A stretch of 64,000 nt of DNA from an uncultured Staphylococcaceae bacterium (GTDB lineage: Bacteria; Bacillota_I; Bacilli_A; RFN20; CAG-826): contig CAZCCJ010000009.1 of the NCBI GenBank assembly GCA_964497235.1, forward strand, positions 2,701 through 66,700. The letters are read 5' to 3'. The notes under the pieces are model-generated. The model was not told the origin of the DNA, searched no databases, and saw nothing but the letters and a program-made list of their open reading frames with translations. Below, piece by piece: positions 27,823 through 38,681 of the stretch. A program made the position numbers and the translations under genes. The stretch's first letter is position 1. Each line of letters starts with the position of its first letter.

Positions 27823-29526
27823 ATGAAAAAAAGCAATTTGAAGTATCTCGCCTTCGCCAGCTTAACCGCTTGCGTCTTGGCGTCGTGCGGCCAATCGGGC
27901 GGAGCTGATGACAGCACTACCACGACCCTTAGCGTTTTGATTTTTAACGGAACCGGCGGTAAGGAGTGGGTCACCGAAGCGGCTAGCCGCTTCTCCCAAG
28001 CCAATGCCGACGTTAGCTTCCAAGACGGCAAGAAAGGCATCAAAATCAGAACCGCCACGGCCAAAGGCATAACCTGGACCGAGCACATGCGTGACAGCGG
28101 TTACGATGTCTATATTTATGAAACGAATCCGGATATGTATCAGCTTTCCGCTCAGAATTATCTTCTCGATCTAAGTGACGTCGTTGAACCGATCAAAGAC
28201 AAGATTGAAGTCGATTTGCTAGAGAGGATGAAAGGAACCGATGGCAAGTATTATGGGCTTCCGCATTATGAATGGTTCCCAGGCCTCACCTATGATAAGG
28301 ATCTTTTCGATGACAAGAATCTCTATTTTGCCGACCCAAGCGTTGAAGCCGGTGATAAAGAAACATATTCTTGCAAATATGGATCCGCCGATTTCGTCGC
28401 CGCTAAAGATGTTACCAAGTCGGTTGGTCCAAACGGCGTCAAAGGCGATTACGATGACGGTTTGCCTTCCTCGCTTGAGGAACTCTGCGTCCTCTTCGAT
28501 AAAATGAAGGACTTGGGCATTTCCCCGATGGTCCTTTGCGGCAGCGGCCATAGATATTCGTGGTATTTGCCGATCGCCTTATGGGCTTCGCTTACCGGCG
28601 GCGATGGAATGAGGGACGTCTATTGCAATTGGACGGATGCCGAAGTCGATGTGGTGACTGAGACGGAAGGTGATTGGAAAGGAGCCGGCGACCTCTTCTA
28701 TAGTGGTTCCTCCATCAAGAAACCAACGACCAAGAAAGTCAAATTGGACGACAATAACGGCTATCAAATATATTCGATGGCCAATAGATATTACGCTTTG
28801 GCGTTCTTCCAAAATGCCTTAAATGAAAATTGGCTGGATTCCGAACAACTCGCCGATTCGAATGGCTCAGCGTCCCAAGCTCAGAAATGGTTTGTTAATG
28901 GCTATAACACAAGACGTTTTGGCACGATTTGGGAAGGCTCCTATTGGTGCCACGAAGCGACTGACGTCGGAGCTTTCAAGACTTATAAGGCCCAACATCC
29001 ATCGTCTCCAGATCGCCACACGGCCTTCATGCCTCTTCCAACGCAACTAGAAGGGCAAGTGACCGAAGGCAACGGCAAGAAACCGACCCTCCTCAACGTT
29101 GGCAGCACCATGGTCTTTGCTAATGCGAGAACGGTGAGTGCCGGAACCGATAAAGCCGCAAAGGAGTTTATCAAATTTATCTATTCCGACAACGAATTGG
29201 CCGCTTTCTCAGAAAAGACAGGTCTAACCGTTCCGATGAGCTATTCCTACGATATGAGCAAGCTCAACAATTCCTATTACAGCGATCTTGCCACTCTCCG
29301 TAAGGATGCCGATGTCGTCCAATGCTCCAGTGCTTCCACGCGTTTCAAAAAGAATCTGTCTTCCTTCATCATTTCCTATGATATGAAACTCACCAATTTC
29401 GATGCCGGCGGAGTCGGTATCACTGGCGGCTATCTTGACGCTTTCAAAAAATACGGTTCGACGGCCGATGACATCTTCGACAAAACGAAGATCTCCGAAT
29501 CCACTTGGTCGAACATGTCGAAATAG
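27823..29526 (+). CDS. Sugar ABC transporter solute-binding lipoprotein
   Basis: Lipobox VLASC; GKYYGLP, YDKDLF, FMPLP; upstream of two permeases. Confidence 0.8.
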   Translation: MKKSNLKYLAFASLTACVLASCGQSGGADDSTTTTLSVLIFNGTGGKEWVTEAASRFSQANADVSFQDGKKGIKIRTATAKGITWTEHMRDSGYDVYIYETNPDMYQLSAQNYLLDLSDVVEPIKDKIEVDLLERMKGTDGKYYGLPHYEWFPGLTYDKDLFDDKNLYFADPSVEAGDKETYSCKYGSADFVAAKDVTKSVGPNGVKGDYDDGLPSSLEELCVLFDKMKDLGISPMVLCGSGHRYSWYLPIALWASLTGGDGMRDVYCNWTDAEVDVVTETEGDWKGAGDLFYSGSSIKKPTTKKVKLDDNNGYQIYSMANRYYALAFFQNALNENWLDSEQLADSNGSASQAQKWFVNGYNTRRFGTIWEGSYWCHEATDVGAFKTYKAQHPSSPDRHTAFMPLPTQLEGQVTEGNGKKPTLLNVGSTMVFANARTVSAGTDKAAKEFIKFIYSDNELAAFSEKTGLTVPMSYSYDMSKLNNSYYSDLATLRKDADVVQCSSASTRFKKNLSSFIISYDMKLTNFDAGGVGITGGYLDAFKKYGSTADDIFDKTKISESTWSNMSK

Positions 29527-29545
29527 CCTTTAGAGGACGAGCATC

Positions 29546-30496
29546 ATGTATCGGACGTTGACCCATAGTGGTGGAAGGAAACTCAATAAGGCGAAAATAG
29601 GGCACTTTGTGTTCTATATATCCTTATTGATCATCCCGATTTTGCATTTCTTCATTTTCTATCTTTATGTGAACATCAATTCTTTCGTTATGGCCTTTCA
29701 GCATTATTCACAAGATAGCGTAACTCAGCAAATTACCATTTCATTTGTGGGATTCGACAATTTCAAGGTGGCTTGGGAAGCCATCACGAAATATCCGTAC
29801 ACGATGCGCAATTCCTTTATTTTCATCGCGATCGACCTCTTCATATCCCAGCCTCTTGCCATTCTCGCATCCTATTACATTTATAAGAAGAAGCCCGGAA
29901 GTGCCTTTTTCCGCGCTGTGCTTTATTTGCCTCAGGTGCTTTCCGGGATCATTCTGGGCGTTATCTTCAAGTTCATGATAGGAACGGCTTTGCCTGCTTT
30001 GTTGGACCAGGTGTTCAATGTCCATATACTATCGCCTATAGATAATCCCGATGCTCAACTATGGGTCATGATGCTATTCACGATCACGATGAGCTTCGGC
30101 GTGAATGTATTGCTATATGCGAATGCGATGGGCAACGTCAATCCTGCGAATATCGAAAGCGCATCCTTAGACGGCGCCAACACGATCCAGATCCTTTGGC
30201 ACGTCGTTTTGCCGAAGATCTATCCGACCATCGTCTCTTTGGCGATCGTTATTCTTTCTCAAGTCTTCACTAGTCAGTTCCAAGTCTTCAACGTCTATGG
30301 AGAAGATGCTGGGCAATTGCAAAACGTCGGATATTTCATCTACATAACAAGTTTGAAGTCGAGCCTCCTTGGCTTCGACGGCTATATAAGCTATACGGAA
30401 TTGTCCGCCCTCGGGCTAAGCCTCACGGCGATCATCGTTCCGGTGGTGTTCTTGACCAGATTCTTAATGAATCGTTTTGGACCGAAGGAGGATTAA
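29546..30496 (+). CDS. Carbohydrate ABC permease
   Basis: EAA-like loop IESASLDGA; about 6 TM. Confidence 0.9.
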   Translation: MYRTLTHSGGRKLNKAKIGHFVFYISLLIIPILHFFIFYLYVNINSFVMAFQHYSQDSVTQQITISFVGFDNFKVAWEAITKYPYTMRNSFIFIAIDLFISQPLAILASYYIYKKKPGSAFFRAVLYLPQVLSGIILGVIFKFMIGTALPALLDQVFNVHILSPIDNPDAQLWVMMLFTITMSFGVNVLLYANAMGNVNPANIESASLDGANTIQILWHVVLPKIYPTIVSLAIVILSQVFTSQFQVFNVYGEDAGQLQNVGYFIYITSLKSSLLGFDGYISYTELSALGLSLTAIIVPVVFLTRFLMNRFGPKED

Positions 30497-30499
30497 TTT

Positions 30500-31531
30500 A
30501 TGGTGAACGTAAAGCAAAACTCCATTCGTCGTGGCAAGAAGCCTAAGGCAAATAAGATCGATGTCTTTTTCGATACCATTATTGCCATCCTGATTTCCGT
30601 TTTCGCCATTTTCCTTCTCTTGATGCTCCTTTGGGGCTTTATGACGTCGCTTAAAAATCCTGATGATTTCGACCTTACCGCCAAGGGAAAGTACGCCTTT
30701 CCTTATATCGATTGGAATGATTGGGACAATGTGCTAGCCAGCAATCACGAGTTTTTCGAACTCAAGAACTATGCGATCGTCTTTAAGAATTTCTTCTTCA
30801 CCGAGATGTTCGAAACCTGGTATGTAGGCACCAATTCCACTCCAGTCCGTCATCTTGCCGAGAACGTGGATTTTCTCACGATGCTATGGAATACCTTGGT
30901 ATATGCCGGAGTCGGCGGTCTTATTTTCGCAGTGGTGCCGGCGATCACCGCTTACCTAACTTGCAAATATCATTACAAGCTTTCGACCATCATCAACGCT
31001 GTTTTCACCCTTATTCTCGCCATTCCTATCGTCGGCGCTTTGCCTTCTGAACTCACTTGGTTACGCCAACTTGGTATCTATGACAGTCTTTGGGGGAACT
31101 TCTTGCGTTATTTGTCCGGCGCTGGCATGTATTACTTCGTTTATTTCGCTTTCTTCAAGTCGATGAGCGACGCTTACCGCGAAGCCGCTGAAATCGATGG
31201 GGCGAGCGATCTCACGATCATGCTCCGCATCTATTTCCCTATGGCTCTTAAGACCATCGGAACCGTCTTCCTAATCCAATTCATCGCCCTATGGAACGAT
31301 TGGCAATCGGAGATGGTGTATCTTCCGACCCATCCGACTTTGGCGAGAGCCGTCTATGAGATGTCCTTGGGCAAGTCCGATATCGGAACCGGATTAGACA
31401 AAGGGGCGCTGGCTTCCGTTCCGGTAAAGATGGCCGCATCGATGATGCTCGCGTTTCCTATCACCGTCATTTTCATCGTTTTCCGCAACAAACTCATGGG
31501 CAATGTCTCCGTGGGCGGATTAAAGGAATAG
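30500..31531 (+). CDS. Carbohydrate ABC permease
   Basis: YREAAEIDGAS; FIALWNDW; ends GGLKE. Confidence 0.9.
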   Translation: MVNVKQNSIRRGKKPKANKIDVFFDTIIAILISVFAIFLLLMLLWGFMTSLKNPDDFDLTAKGKYAFPYIDWNDWDNVLASNHEFFELKNYAIVFKNFFFTEMFETWYVGTNSTPVRHLAENVDFLTMLWNTLVYAGVGGLIFAVVPAITAYLTCKYHYKLSTIINAVFTLILAIPIVGALPSELTWLRQLGIYDSLWGNFLRYLSGAGMYYFVYFAFFKSMSDAYREAAEIDGASDLTIMLRIYFPMALKTIGTVFLIQFIALWNDWQSEMVYLPTHPTLARAVYEMSLGKSDIGTGLDKGALASVPVKMAASMMLAFPITVIFIVFRNKLMGNVSVGGLKE

Positions 31532-31546
31532 CAAAGGAGGGTTTCC

Positions 31547-34546
31547 ATGAAGAAAACTAAATACCTGGCAACGTTGTCGCTCGCTTCGCTTGTCGGCGCC
31601 GCTTTAGCGGGGTCGCTAGCCATCGAAACGAAGGGCGAAGCCTCTTTGGAAGGGCTAGAGCTAGAAGACGTCTATAACATTGGCGACCTTCTATATATCC
31701 CTAAGAGCGCAACCCTCAAAGACGAAGGAAAATCGATTAAAATATCTTCTTCCGAGCTCATTTACCCTAGTGGGTATAGCCTTTCTTCCTCTTCCTATGA
31801 GTTAAACGCCTATGGCACTTATTCATTGAGGATCAATGGCGAAGATGGAACCGTATATTCGAAGGGTTTCTCCGTCTATCAGGACGTTTATTCGTTCGGA
31901 GATAACGATTCGACGATCGACTATGGGGAATTGAATGCCAATTTCAAAAGCGAAGGCTATGCGAACGGCCTTCGTTTGAATATAAAAGAAGCGGATACCT
32001 TCACCTTCGCCAAGCCGATAGATCTATCGAAATCGTCTTACCAAAAACTCATCTCGTGGAACGTCATCGATTTGCTTAATGTCCCAGCCGTCACTTCCAT
32101 TAGCGTCAAGGTCACGGATGCATATGATGCGAACAATTATTTCACCATCACGAACACCAAAGGCGCTTATTATTACCTTAATTACTTCTCCGCTTCATAT
32201 AACGGCGGCAGAAGCGTCGGCATCAACCGCGACGACACCGGCCCTATCGTGATCGATGGGGAAAGCTATCGTCTTTCTTCGTCTGGTGGCACCTCGATGA
32301 ACGGCAACCAGCCGATCTCCGGCGTCTATAACAACATTTCCTATTATCTCGATTCTTCGGACGCCGGCCACTACAAGATCTATGCGGAAAATGGCCAAGC
32401 GCGCGAAAGCGTCTTAATCGCTGAATTCAACAATTCGAGTATTTATTCCGACACCTTCTCGGGCTTTAAGAACGGTTTGGTCTATGTTTCTTTGAGCGCA
32501 AGCGGTTATAGCGGAATCGACACCGCTCCGATTGAGATCGCCGAAATCTGCGGAATCAAGGGCGAAGACCTCAATCCGATGGACTATTACAAGGATTCGA
32601 TCGCCCCGATAATTGACGTTTCTTCCTCTGAGAAAGCCAATATCATGGGTGGGATAGAGATTAAAATTCCGGAAGCCAAGGCGTTTGACGAAACGGCGTT
32701 ACGCGGTGAAGTCCATAGCAGCGTCTGGTATGGTTACGATTCTTCCTCTAGAAGCATGGTGAGCGTCAGAAACGGCGGCTTTACCCCCGATCGTTTGGGC
32801 GTATATACAGTCATTTACGAAGCCGAAGACGTTTATGGGAACCTTACGACCGAAAGAATAGATTTATCCGTCACTTCCTTTGGAAATGAAGGAATCGCTT
32901 TCGATTTATTGCCTTTGGAAGGCTTGAAAGCGGGCACCAAGACAAAACTCAACAACTTCAACGTCGTTTCGCTAAACGACGATGCCATGGTGGAAGTGGA
33001 ACTGACTTATCCAAACGGCAGCAAGAAGACCGTTTCGAGCGATGAGGAGTTCGATCTCGATTATAGTGGGACTTACCACGCGACCTATCATTACAAAGAT
33101 TCCTTCTATTCCGGCTCGAAGAGCATGGATTTCGTCGTTTCTGCCAATACGGAAGCCGATTTCTCTGATAGCGAAGTGCCTTTGCCTCACTATTTCATGA
33201 AGGGCGCGTCTTATTCGATCGATACCCCGAGCGCTTATATCTACGGCGAAGAAGGCAAAACGAAGGATGAGATCCTTAGCTATGTCTCTTTCGATGGCGG
33301 CGATTACGTTGCGATCGATGCGAATGACCTTTCGATCACCGGCTCGACGAGCGCCAAATTCCGTTTCGTCTCAAAGAGTAATCCTTCATCAGTTTTGGAG
33401 ACCAAGGAAGTTCCAATCGTTGATACTGGATGGGATGGCAAGAAAGTCGACCTCACGAAATATTTCGTCGGCGATTTCCTTGGCGAAGAAGTCGAGACTT
33501 CTGCAGGAAAGAGTGAGGATTTCGTCCGTTACACAAGCCAAAAAGACGGTGACGTCTCGATGGAATTCATCAACAGATTGCTATTAAGCGGTTTCACCTT
33601 CTCTTTCGAAACCAGTGAATGCACTTCCTTAACCATCCGAATGATTTCTTATCACGATCCATCCGTGAAAGTCGAAGTCGTTTTCGAAGGCGGCAAAGTG
33701 AGCGTCAATGGACGAAGCCAAGCCGCGACCGAAAGCTATAAGAATGGCGGCGCAACGATCTTCTACACCAAAGGCATCGGTGTCTTAAGCGTGGCTGGCG
33801 CAAAATTCGACCTTGAGAACCCTTTTGAAAAAGATTCGTTCTTGTTAGAGATAGAAGCCAATGGAATGGCGAAAGGCGGCCATATCGACGTATCGAACGT
33901 CGGCAACCAATCTTGGCGTTCCGGCACGACGCGCGATCGCGTCGCCCCGATGGCTTCCGCCACCTTCCCGGTGAATATCGCCTCGCTTGGCGACACCGCG
34001 AAGATTTCCGCGCCAAACGTCGCCGATGTTTTGACGCCATCAAGCAATAAAAAAGCCGTCTTGAGCGTCTTTAAGAATGTAGGAGACAACGTCACCGCGA
34101 TAAAGGACAAGAATAGCGGAAAAGAGCTTTCTAACATCACCGACTATAGCCAAGATTACGAGATACTTCTCGATGAATACGGCGACTACGTCATCACATA
34201 TGCAATCTCCGACCTCGCTGAGAATTACGTTTACGGCGGATTGAATGATATGGTGAGCGTTCTCGATAGGGAAGTTCCGGTTATCTCAAATATCCCGGAC
34301 AAGTACAAAATCAAAGCCGGTGTTTATGCCGATTTGCCTCTTGTTTCGGCGACCGACAACATCACAAAAGAAGGCTCATTCGAAATTTGGCATCTTATCT
34401 ACGACTCCTCTTCACGCCTTGTGGCCCAAGTCTCTAACGGCAATCAGGTCAACATGAGCGAAAAGGGAACGTATACGGTTTACGTCACTTGCCAAGACGA
34501 AGAGGGCAACGTTGCATATGGCAGCTATACCCTGATTGTTGAATAA
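31547..34546 (+). CDS. Large secreted protein with Ig-like repeats, function unknown
   Basis: Signal peptide; repeated D..AP.I / P...A.D / G.Y...Y.A.D..GN motifs. Confidence 0.65.
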   Translation: MKKTKYLATLSLASLVGAALAGSLAIETKGEASLEGLELEDVYNIGDLLYIPKSATLKDEGKSIKISSSELIYPSGYSLSSSSYELNAYGTYSLRINGEDGTVYSKGFSVYQDVYSFGDNDSTIDYGELNANFKSEGYANGLRLNIKEADTFTFAKPIDLSKSSYQKLISWNVIDLLNVPAVTSISVKVTDAYDANNYFTITNTKGAYYYLNYFSASYNGGRSVGINRDDTGPIVIDGESYRLSSSGGTSMNGNQPISGVYNNISYYLDSSDAGHYKIYAENGQARESVLIAEFNNSSIYSDTFSGFKNGLVYVSLSASGYSGIDTAPIEIAEICGIKGEDLNPMDYYKDSIAPIIDVSSSEKANIMGGIEIKIPEAKAFDETALRGEVHSSVWYGYDSSSRSMVSVRNGGFTPDRLGVYTVIYEAEDVYGNLTTERIDLSVTSFGNEGIAFDLLPLEGLKAGTKTKLNNFNVVSLNDDAMVEVELTYPNGSKKTVSSDEEFDLDYSGTYHATYHYKDSFYSGSKSMDFVVSANTEADFSDSEVPLPHYFMKGASYSIDTPSAYIYGEEGKTKDEILSYVSFDGGDYVAIDANDLSITGSTSAKFRFVSKSNPSSVLETKEVPIVDTGWDGKKVDLTKYFVGDFLGEEVETSAGKSEDFVRYTSQKDGDVSMEFINRLLLSGFTFSFETSECTSLTIRMISYHDPSVKVEVVFEGGKVSVNGRSQAATESYKNGGATIFYTKGIGVLSVAGAKFDLENPFEKDSFLLEIEANGMAKGGHIDVSNVGNQSWRSGTTRDRVAPMASATFPVNIASLGDTAKISAPNVADVLTPSSNKKAVLSVFKNVGDNVTAIKDKNSGKELSNITDYSQDYEILLDEYGDYVITYAISDLAENYVYGGLNDMVSVLDREVPVISNIPDKYKIKAGVYADLPLVSATDNITKEGSFEIWHLIYDSSSRLVAQVSNGNQVNMSEKGTYTVYVTCQDEEGNVAYGSYTLIVE

Positions 34547-34558
34547 GGAGAGAAAAGC

Positions 34559-36583
34559 ATGGAAAAAACAAAGCTAAAAAGAATCGCATTGGCCTTATCT
34601 TCTTTTGCGGCAACTTTGCTTGGCGCTTGCTCTTCCACTGGCGAGGGCGTAGTGAATAGCTCCAATAACGGCGGTGGAAACGAATCGACCTCCGATAGGC
34701 ACCGTTTTAAAGCAGACAAAACCTCCTCGTGGCTATTGCAAAATGGCCACACTACCTACAAAGTCATTCTCTCTGATGATACGGATGAGCAGCTTCTTTA
34801 TGCGAAAAACGAACTTTCTTCCTTGTTTTTGGAAGCCACGGGGGTGCAGCTTTCCTTCATAAGCGATGCGAATCTATCATACAAAGAAAGCGATACCTAC
34901 ATCTCCTTAGGCAAAAACGATTACTGGACGAGCGCTTCCTTATCTAATGAGACGTCCTATGACGTCTATGGAAGGGATGGGACGAGAATCTTAACGAAAG
35001 GGAAATCGATCTTCATCTTCGGAGAGACCAATTACGCGACTCTTTACGGCGTCTATGATTTCCTTCACATAACGCTTAATTTCGAGACTTATTATCACGA
35101 TTGCTATTCCTTAGACAAGAACGTCGTCGATTTGCCTCTATATAACTATGACGTCGTCGATATCCCAGACTTGGCATATCGTCAAAAGAGAGGGCTCCTC
35201 ACGCCGACATCGGGCCAAAACGCGATGTTTGGCTATCGCATGAGGGTAATGGATGACACGACTTCGTTGATCCTTCCGATTTACGAAGGAGACACCTCAG
35301 GCAGCAAAGCCAACGTCAACCATAACAGCTTCTATTATTTTCCAACAGCGACTTATATGAAGGATCACCCATCCTTCTATTCGCTTAACGGCGATCAGCT
35401 TTGCTTCACCGCCAGAGGGAATGCTGAAGAGTTGGATCTCATGGTCAAATTGGCGGCCAAGAAGATGGAAGACACCTTGACTTGGCATCCATATGCAAAA
35501 TATCCGAACTATACGACCGTCTTCCTTGGCATGAACGACGTCGCCAATCTTTGCGGCTGCGACGCCTGTAACGCCGTCAAAACTTCCCATAATAACGCGC
35601 CTGTCGCCACGGTCATACTTTTCCTTAACCGCGTCGCCAAGATCGTCAACGATTGGATGGATGAACCAGAGAATGCCGCTTATAAACGCGATCTTAGCTA
35701 TAGCTTCTTCGCCTATCAAAGCGCGCTTACGCCGCCTTTTACGGAAAATGAGGATGGAACTTTCAACTATAACGAGGATCTCATCCCGCCAGAAGGGGTG
35801 AAGCTTAGGCCATACGTCGCTTTGAGCGGCTTCGATTATGGCCGTCCATTCTATTCTTCGGTCAATAAGGAGAAGAGAAACGACCTTCGAGCTTGGGGCA
35901 ATTTCTATAAGGGCGCCTGGGCTTGGAGCTATGGCGGCTTCTTCAATGATTATCTAACCTTCTACGATATCTATAACTTCTATAGCGATTACCATTCGTA
36001 TTTGGTCGATTGCAACTATTCTCTCACTTTCGAACAGGTGAAGAACGATCAGAGAGGGGCAGATCCTGGCTTTGGCGGACTCGCCAATTACGTCCTTTGC
36101 AAGAAATCATGGAACGCTTCCTTGGATATGAGCGCGTTGATTGACGATTTCATCAATAACGTTTATCAAGAAGCGGCCCCGGTTATGAAGGAGATGTTCC
36201 AAAAACTCCGTCTATGGTTTGCGAGAACCATCGAGAAGTTCGGCCTTGGAATAGGTGGCGTCGGCACTAGCGACATCTCCTCGAACTCCAAATATTGGGG
36301 ATATGGCTTTGTGCAAGAGCTCTTCGATCTGTGCGATGAAGCATACGAGGCCATTGAGATTTACAAGAAAGACGAAGCGAAATACCAAAGGATAAAGAAT
36401 TATATCGATATCGAGTGGATCGTTCCCGCGAAGGTCGCAATCGGCTGCTATGAAGACAAATTCAAAACGGACGAATACACGGCCATCAAGTCCAAATTCA
36501 AGAATATCTGCTTGGATTTAGGCATCAAAGACATCAAGGAATTCGTCTCAATCAGCTCATATTTGGAGGGATTAGGTGTATGA
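34559..36583 (+). CDS. DUF4838-like lipoprotein (GH20/GH67-type N-domain + probable TIM barrel)
   Basis: Lipobox LLGAC; ISLG, I.G....ATLYGVYDFL, P...YR, LCFT, GMND...C.CD.C, FFAY. Confidence 0.7.
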   Translation: MEKTKLKRIALALSSFAATLLGACSSTGEGVVNSSNNGGGNESTSDRHRFKADKTSSWLLQNGHTTYKVILSDDTDEQLLYAKNELSSLFLEATGVQLSFISDANLSYKESDTYISLGKNDYWTSASLSNETSYDVYGRDGTRILTKGKSIFIFGETNYATLYGVYDFLHITLNFETYYHDCYSLDKNVVDLPLYNYDVVDIPDLAYRQKRGLLTPTSGQNAMFGYRMRVMDDTTSLILPIYEGDTSGSKANVNHNSFYYFPTATYMKDHPSFYSLNGDQLCFTARGNAEELDLMVKLAAKKMEDTLTWHPYAKYPNYTTVFLGMNDVANLCGCDACNAVKTSHNNAPVATVILFLNRVAKIVNDWMDEPENAAYKRDLSYSFFAYQSALTPPFTENEDGTFNYNEDLIPPEGVKLRPYVALSGFDYGRPFYSSVNKEKRNDLRAWGNFYKGAWAWSYGGFFNDYLTFYDIYNFYSDYHSYLVDCNYSLTFEQVKNDQRGADPGFGGLANYVLCKKSWNASLDMSALIDDFINNVYQEAAPVMKEMFQKLRLWFARTIEKFGLGIGGVGTSDISSNSKYWGYGFVQELFDLCDEAYEAIEIYKKDEAKYQRIKNYIDIEWIVPAKVAIGCYEDKFKTDEYTAIKSKFKNICLDLGIKDIKEFVSISSYLEGLGV

Positions 36584-38679
36584 AAACAAAACGCGCTAAG
36601 ACGTTTGTCGCATTGGCTTTGTCCGCGCTTGCGACTTTTGGGGTTTCTTCCTGCTCTCCATCGGATGGCAATGCCGATTCCTCCATTTCCGCTTCTGGCA
36701 TCGAATTCGAAGAGAAAGTCCATGAGATGATTTTCGGCGAGACTTACGAAATCGTCGCCAAATCTTCCATCGAAGGCGATATCGCCTGGGAAAGCTCCGA
36801 TACTTCCGTCGCCATAGTCGATGGCGGCACCGTTACGGCGGTTGGAAAGGGCGAAGCGAAGATAACCGCCAGCGTAGGAAGCGCGAAAGCCTCTTGCCTA
36901 ATCAAAGTCAGTTTTGGCAAATACCTTCCTTCGTTAAGCCTTGATAACGTCTTTAATGACGAGATCGTTTTGGCACGCGGCTCTTCTTTCTCACTGAAGG
37001 GAACCGTTTCTTTTAACGGCGCGAGCTATTCCTGCTCCCTTTCGGCTAAATTGGAGAAAGATTCCTGCGTTTCTCTTTCTGGCAGCTCCCTTTTGGCGAA
37101 TACGCCAGGGGAGACATATGTGTCGATAAAGGCCAATTGGAATGGCTTCGATAACTCCTCAATGAAAAAGGAGATTAAAGTGACGGTCCTTAAAGACGTC
37201 GCGATTTATAGCGAGGTCACAATGGATGGCCAAACCAAAGTCGCTTCTTCCTTGGAACTTGGATTGCTCGAAGCTTGGGATGGGATTAACTATAAAACAT
37301 CGGCACAAGTCGCCTTCCGCGTGAATGACGACGGAAATCAGACGTTTGCTTCGATCGTTTCGCCAACGGATGGCATCGTCTCCGTCGACGAGGATGGAAC
37401 CGTTCACGCCAAGAAAGCGGGCACTACGAAACTATATGCTGCATACACCGACGCCGAAGGCGAGACATATACTAGCTATATCGAAATCACCGTCACTTGT
37501 CCGGTCGCCACTTATTCCAAAGAGGTTCGTGTATCTTTAGAAACGCCATTCCCTCTTGAAACATATTTCGGCAAGGGTGCCACTATTTCCTATGCGAAGC
37601 AGGGCGACAAAGAGCTTTCTTTCACGCAAAACGGCTTCATTAGCGGACTAGAAGCGGCGGGAGATGATTCAGAGCCGATTTTATTGCTTACCAACAAAGG
37701 CGGATATTATTTCGAGAATCCGTTTATTTATACGCGTTCCCTTGACGCGAGCAATTTCGCTTCGACGTTCATGCTCGCTTCGGGCAAAGTGGTGGATGGC
37801 TACTATATCCTTGACGAGGACATAACCGAAACCATCGATATGACCGGTCAGATGAATTCCTATTACAAAGAAAATGACGGCAATAACCGTTATTTCAAAG
37901 GAACATTCGATGGCCAAGGACATACCGTCAAGGCCTTAGTCGGACGCGAAGGGATCTTCGGAGGCCTTGGTGAGCAAGCCGTCATAAAAGACACTCATTT
38001 TGAATTCACTTTTTCTAGCAGCTCCTCCAAATGCAGCGGCCTTGCCAGAAATGAAGGCACTGGCACTAATAACGTGAAAGGCTGGGGCGCGACGGTAACG
38101 AATATATATGTCACCACGACAAATTATTACGACACTTCGTACGCTCTTTTTGAAATGCGTTTCAATGATCTGATTCTCAAAGACATTTATGTCGATTTGA
38201 CATTGGATTCCTCTTGCAAGGAAGTCACCTCGGCCACGCAGGAAAAAGGCGCGCTTTTCTCAGTCGATTGCACAATGACCCATGGTCCTAGCACCCAATT
38301 CAGCGGCGATTTCCAAAATATCTATGTCGTTTCCGGCGTTTTCATGCCGATCTCCAGCGGATATTTGGTGAAAGCTTTATATGCCACCTATGCGCAAAAC
38401 GACATCGACCGCCTAGGGACTTGCGACCATGCGAATGTTTCCACCGCCAGCGGCTATTGCGTCGTTGGCTCAAAGACTGACAATGCGAAAATCGATCTTT
38501 ATGGAAATATCCCCAGCGCGACATGGTTCTTCCCGGCGACGAAAAACGTCAGATTGGCGTGGGTTTATTACGCTTCTCCGGCCATCAATAACGGCGGTAT
38601 CAAACGCTACAACACGAATGCGGAGCTTCAAGCCGAAGGCATTAGCAAAATCGGAAGCTGGGCGGTGAAAGGCGAATAG
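36580..38679 (+). CDS. Lipoprotein with Ig-like (Big_2-type) domains and a C-terminal beta-helix-like domain
   Basis: Lipobox GVSSC; WESSDTSVAIVDGGTVTAVGKGEAKITAS; GYYILDEDI..FKGTFDGQGH. Confidence 0.7.
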   Translation: MKTKRAKTFVALALSALATFGVSSCSPSDGNADSSISASGIEFEEKVHEMIFGETYEIVAKSSIEGDIAWESSDTSVAIVDGGTVTAVGKGEAKITASVGSAKASCLIKVSFGKYLPSLSLDNVFNDEIVLARGSSFSLKGTVSFNGASYSCSLSAKLEKDSCVSLSGSSLLANTPGETYVSIKANWNGFDNSSMKKEIKVTVLKDVAIYSEVTMDGQTKVASSLELGLLEAWDGINYKTSAQVAFRVNDDGNQTFASIVSPTDGIVSVDEDGTVHAKKAGTTKLYAAYTDAEGETYTSYIEITVTCPVATYSKEVRVSLETPFPLETYFGKGATISYAKQGDKELSFTQNGFISGLEAAGDDSEPILLLTNKGGYYFENPFIYTRSLDASNFASTFMLASGKVVDGYYILDEDITETIDMTGQMNSYYKENDGNNRYFKGTFDGQGHTVKALVGREGIFGGLGEQAVIKDTHFEFTFSSSSSKCSGLARNEGTGTNNVKGWGATVTNIYVTTTNYYDTSYALFEMRFNDLILKDIYVDLTLDSSCKEVTSATQEKGALFSVDCTMTHGPSTQFSGDFQNIYVVSGVFMPISSGYLVKALYATYAQNDIDRLGTCDHANVSTASGYCVVGSKTDNAKIDLYGNIPSATWFFPATKNVRLAWVYYASPAINNGGIKRYNTNAELQAEGISKIGSWAVKGE

Positions 38680-38681
38680 GT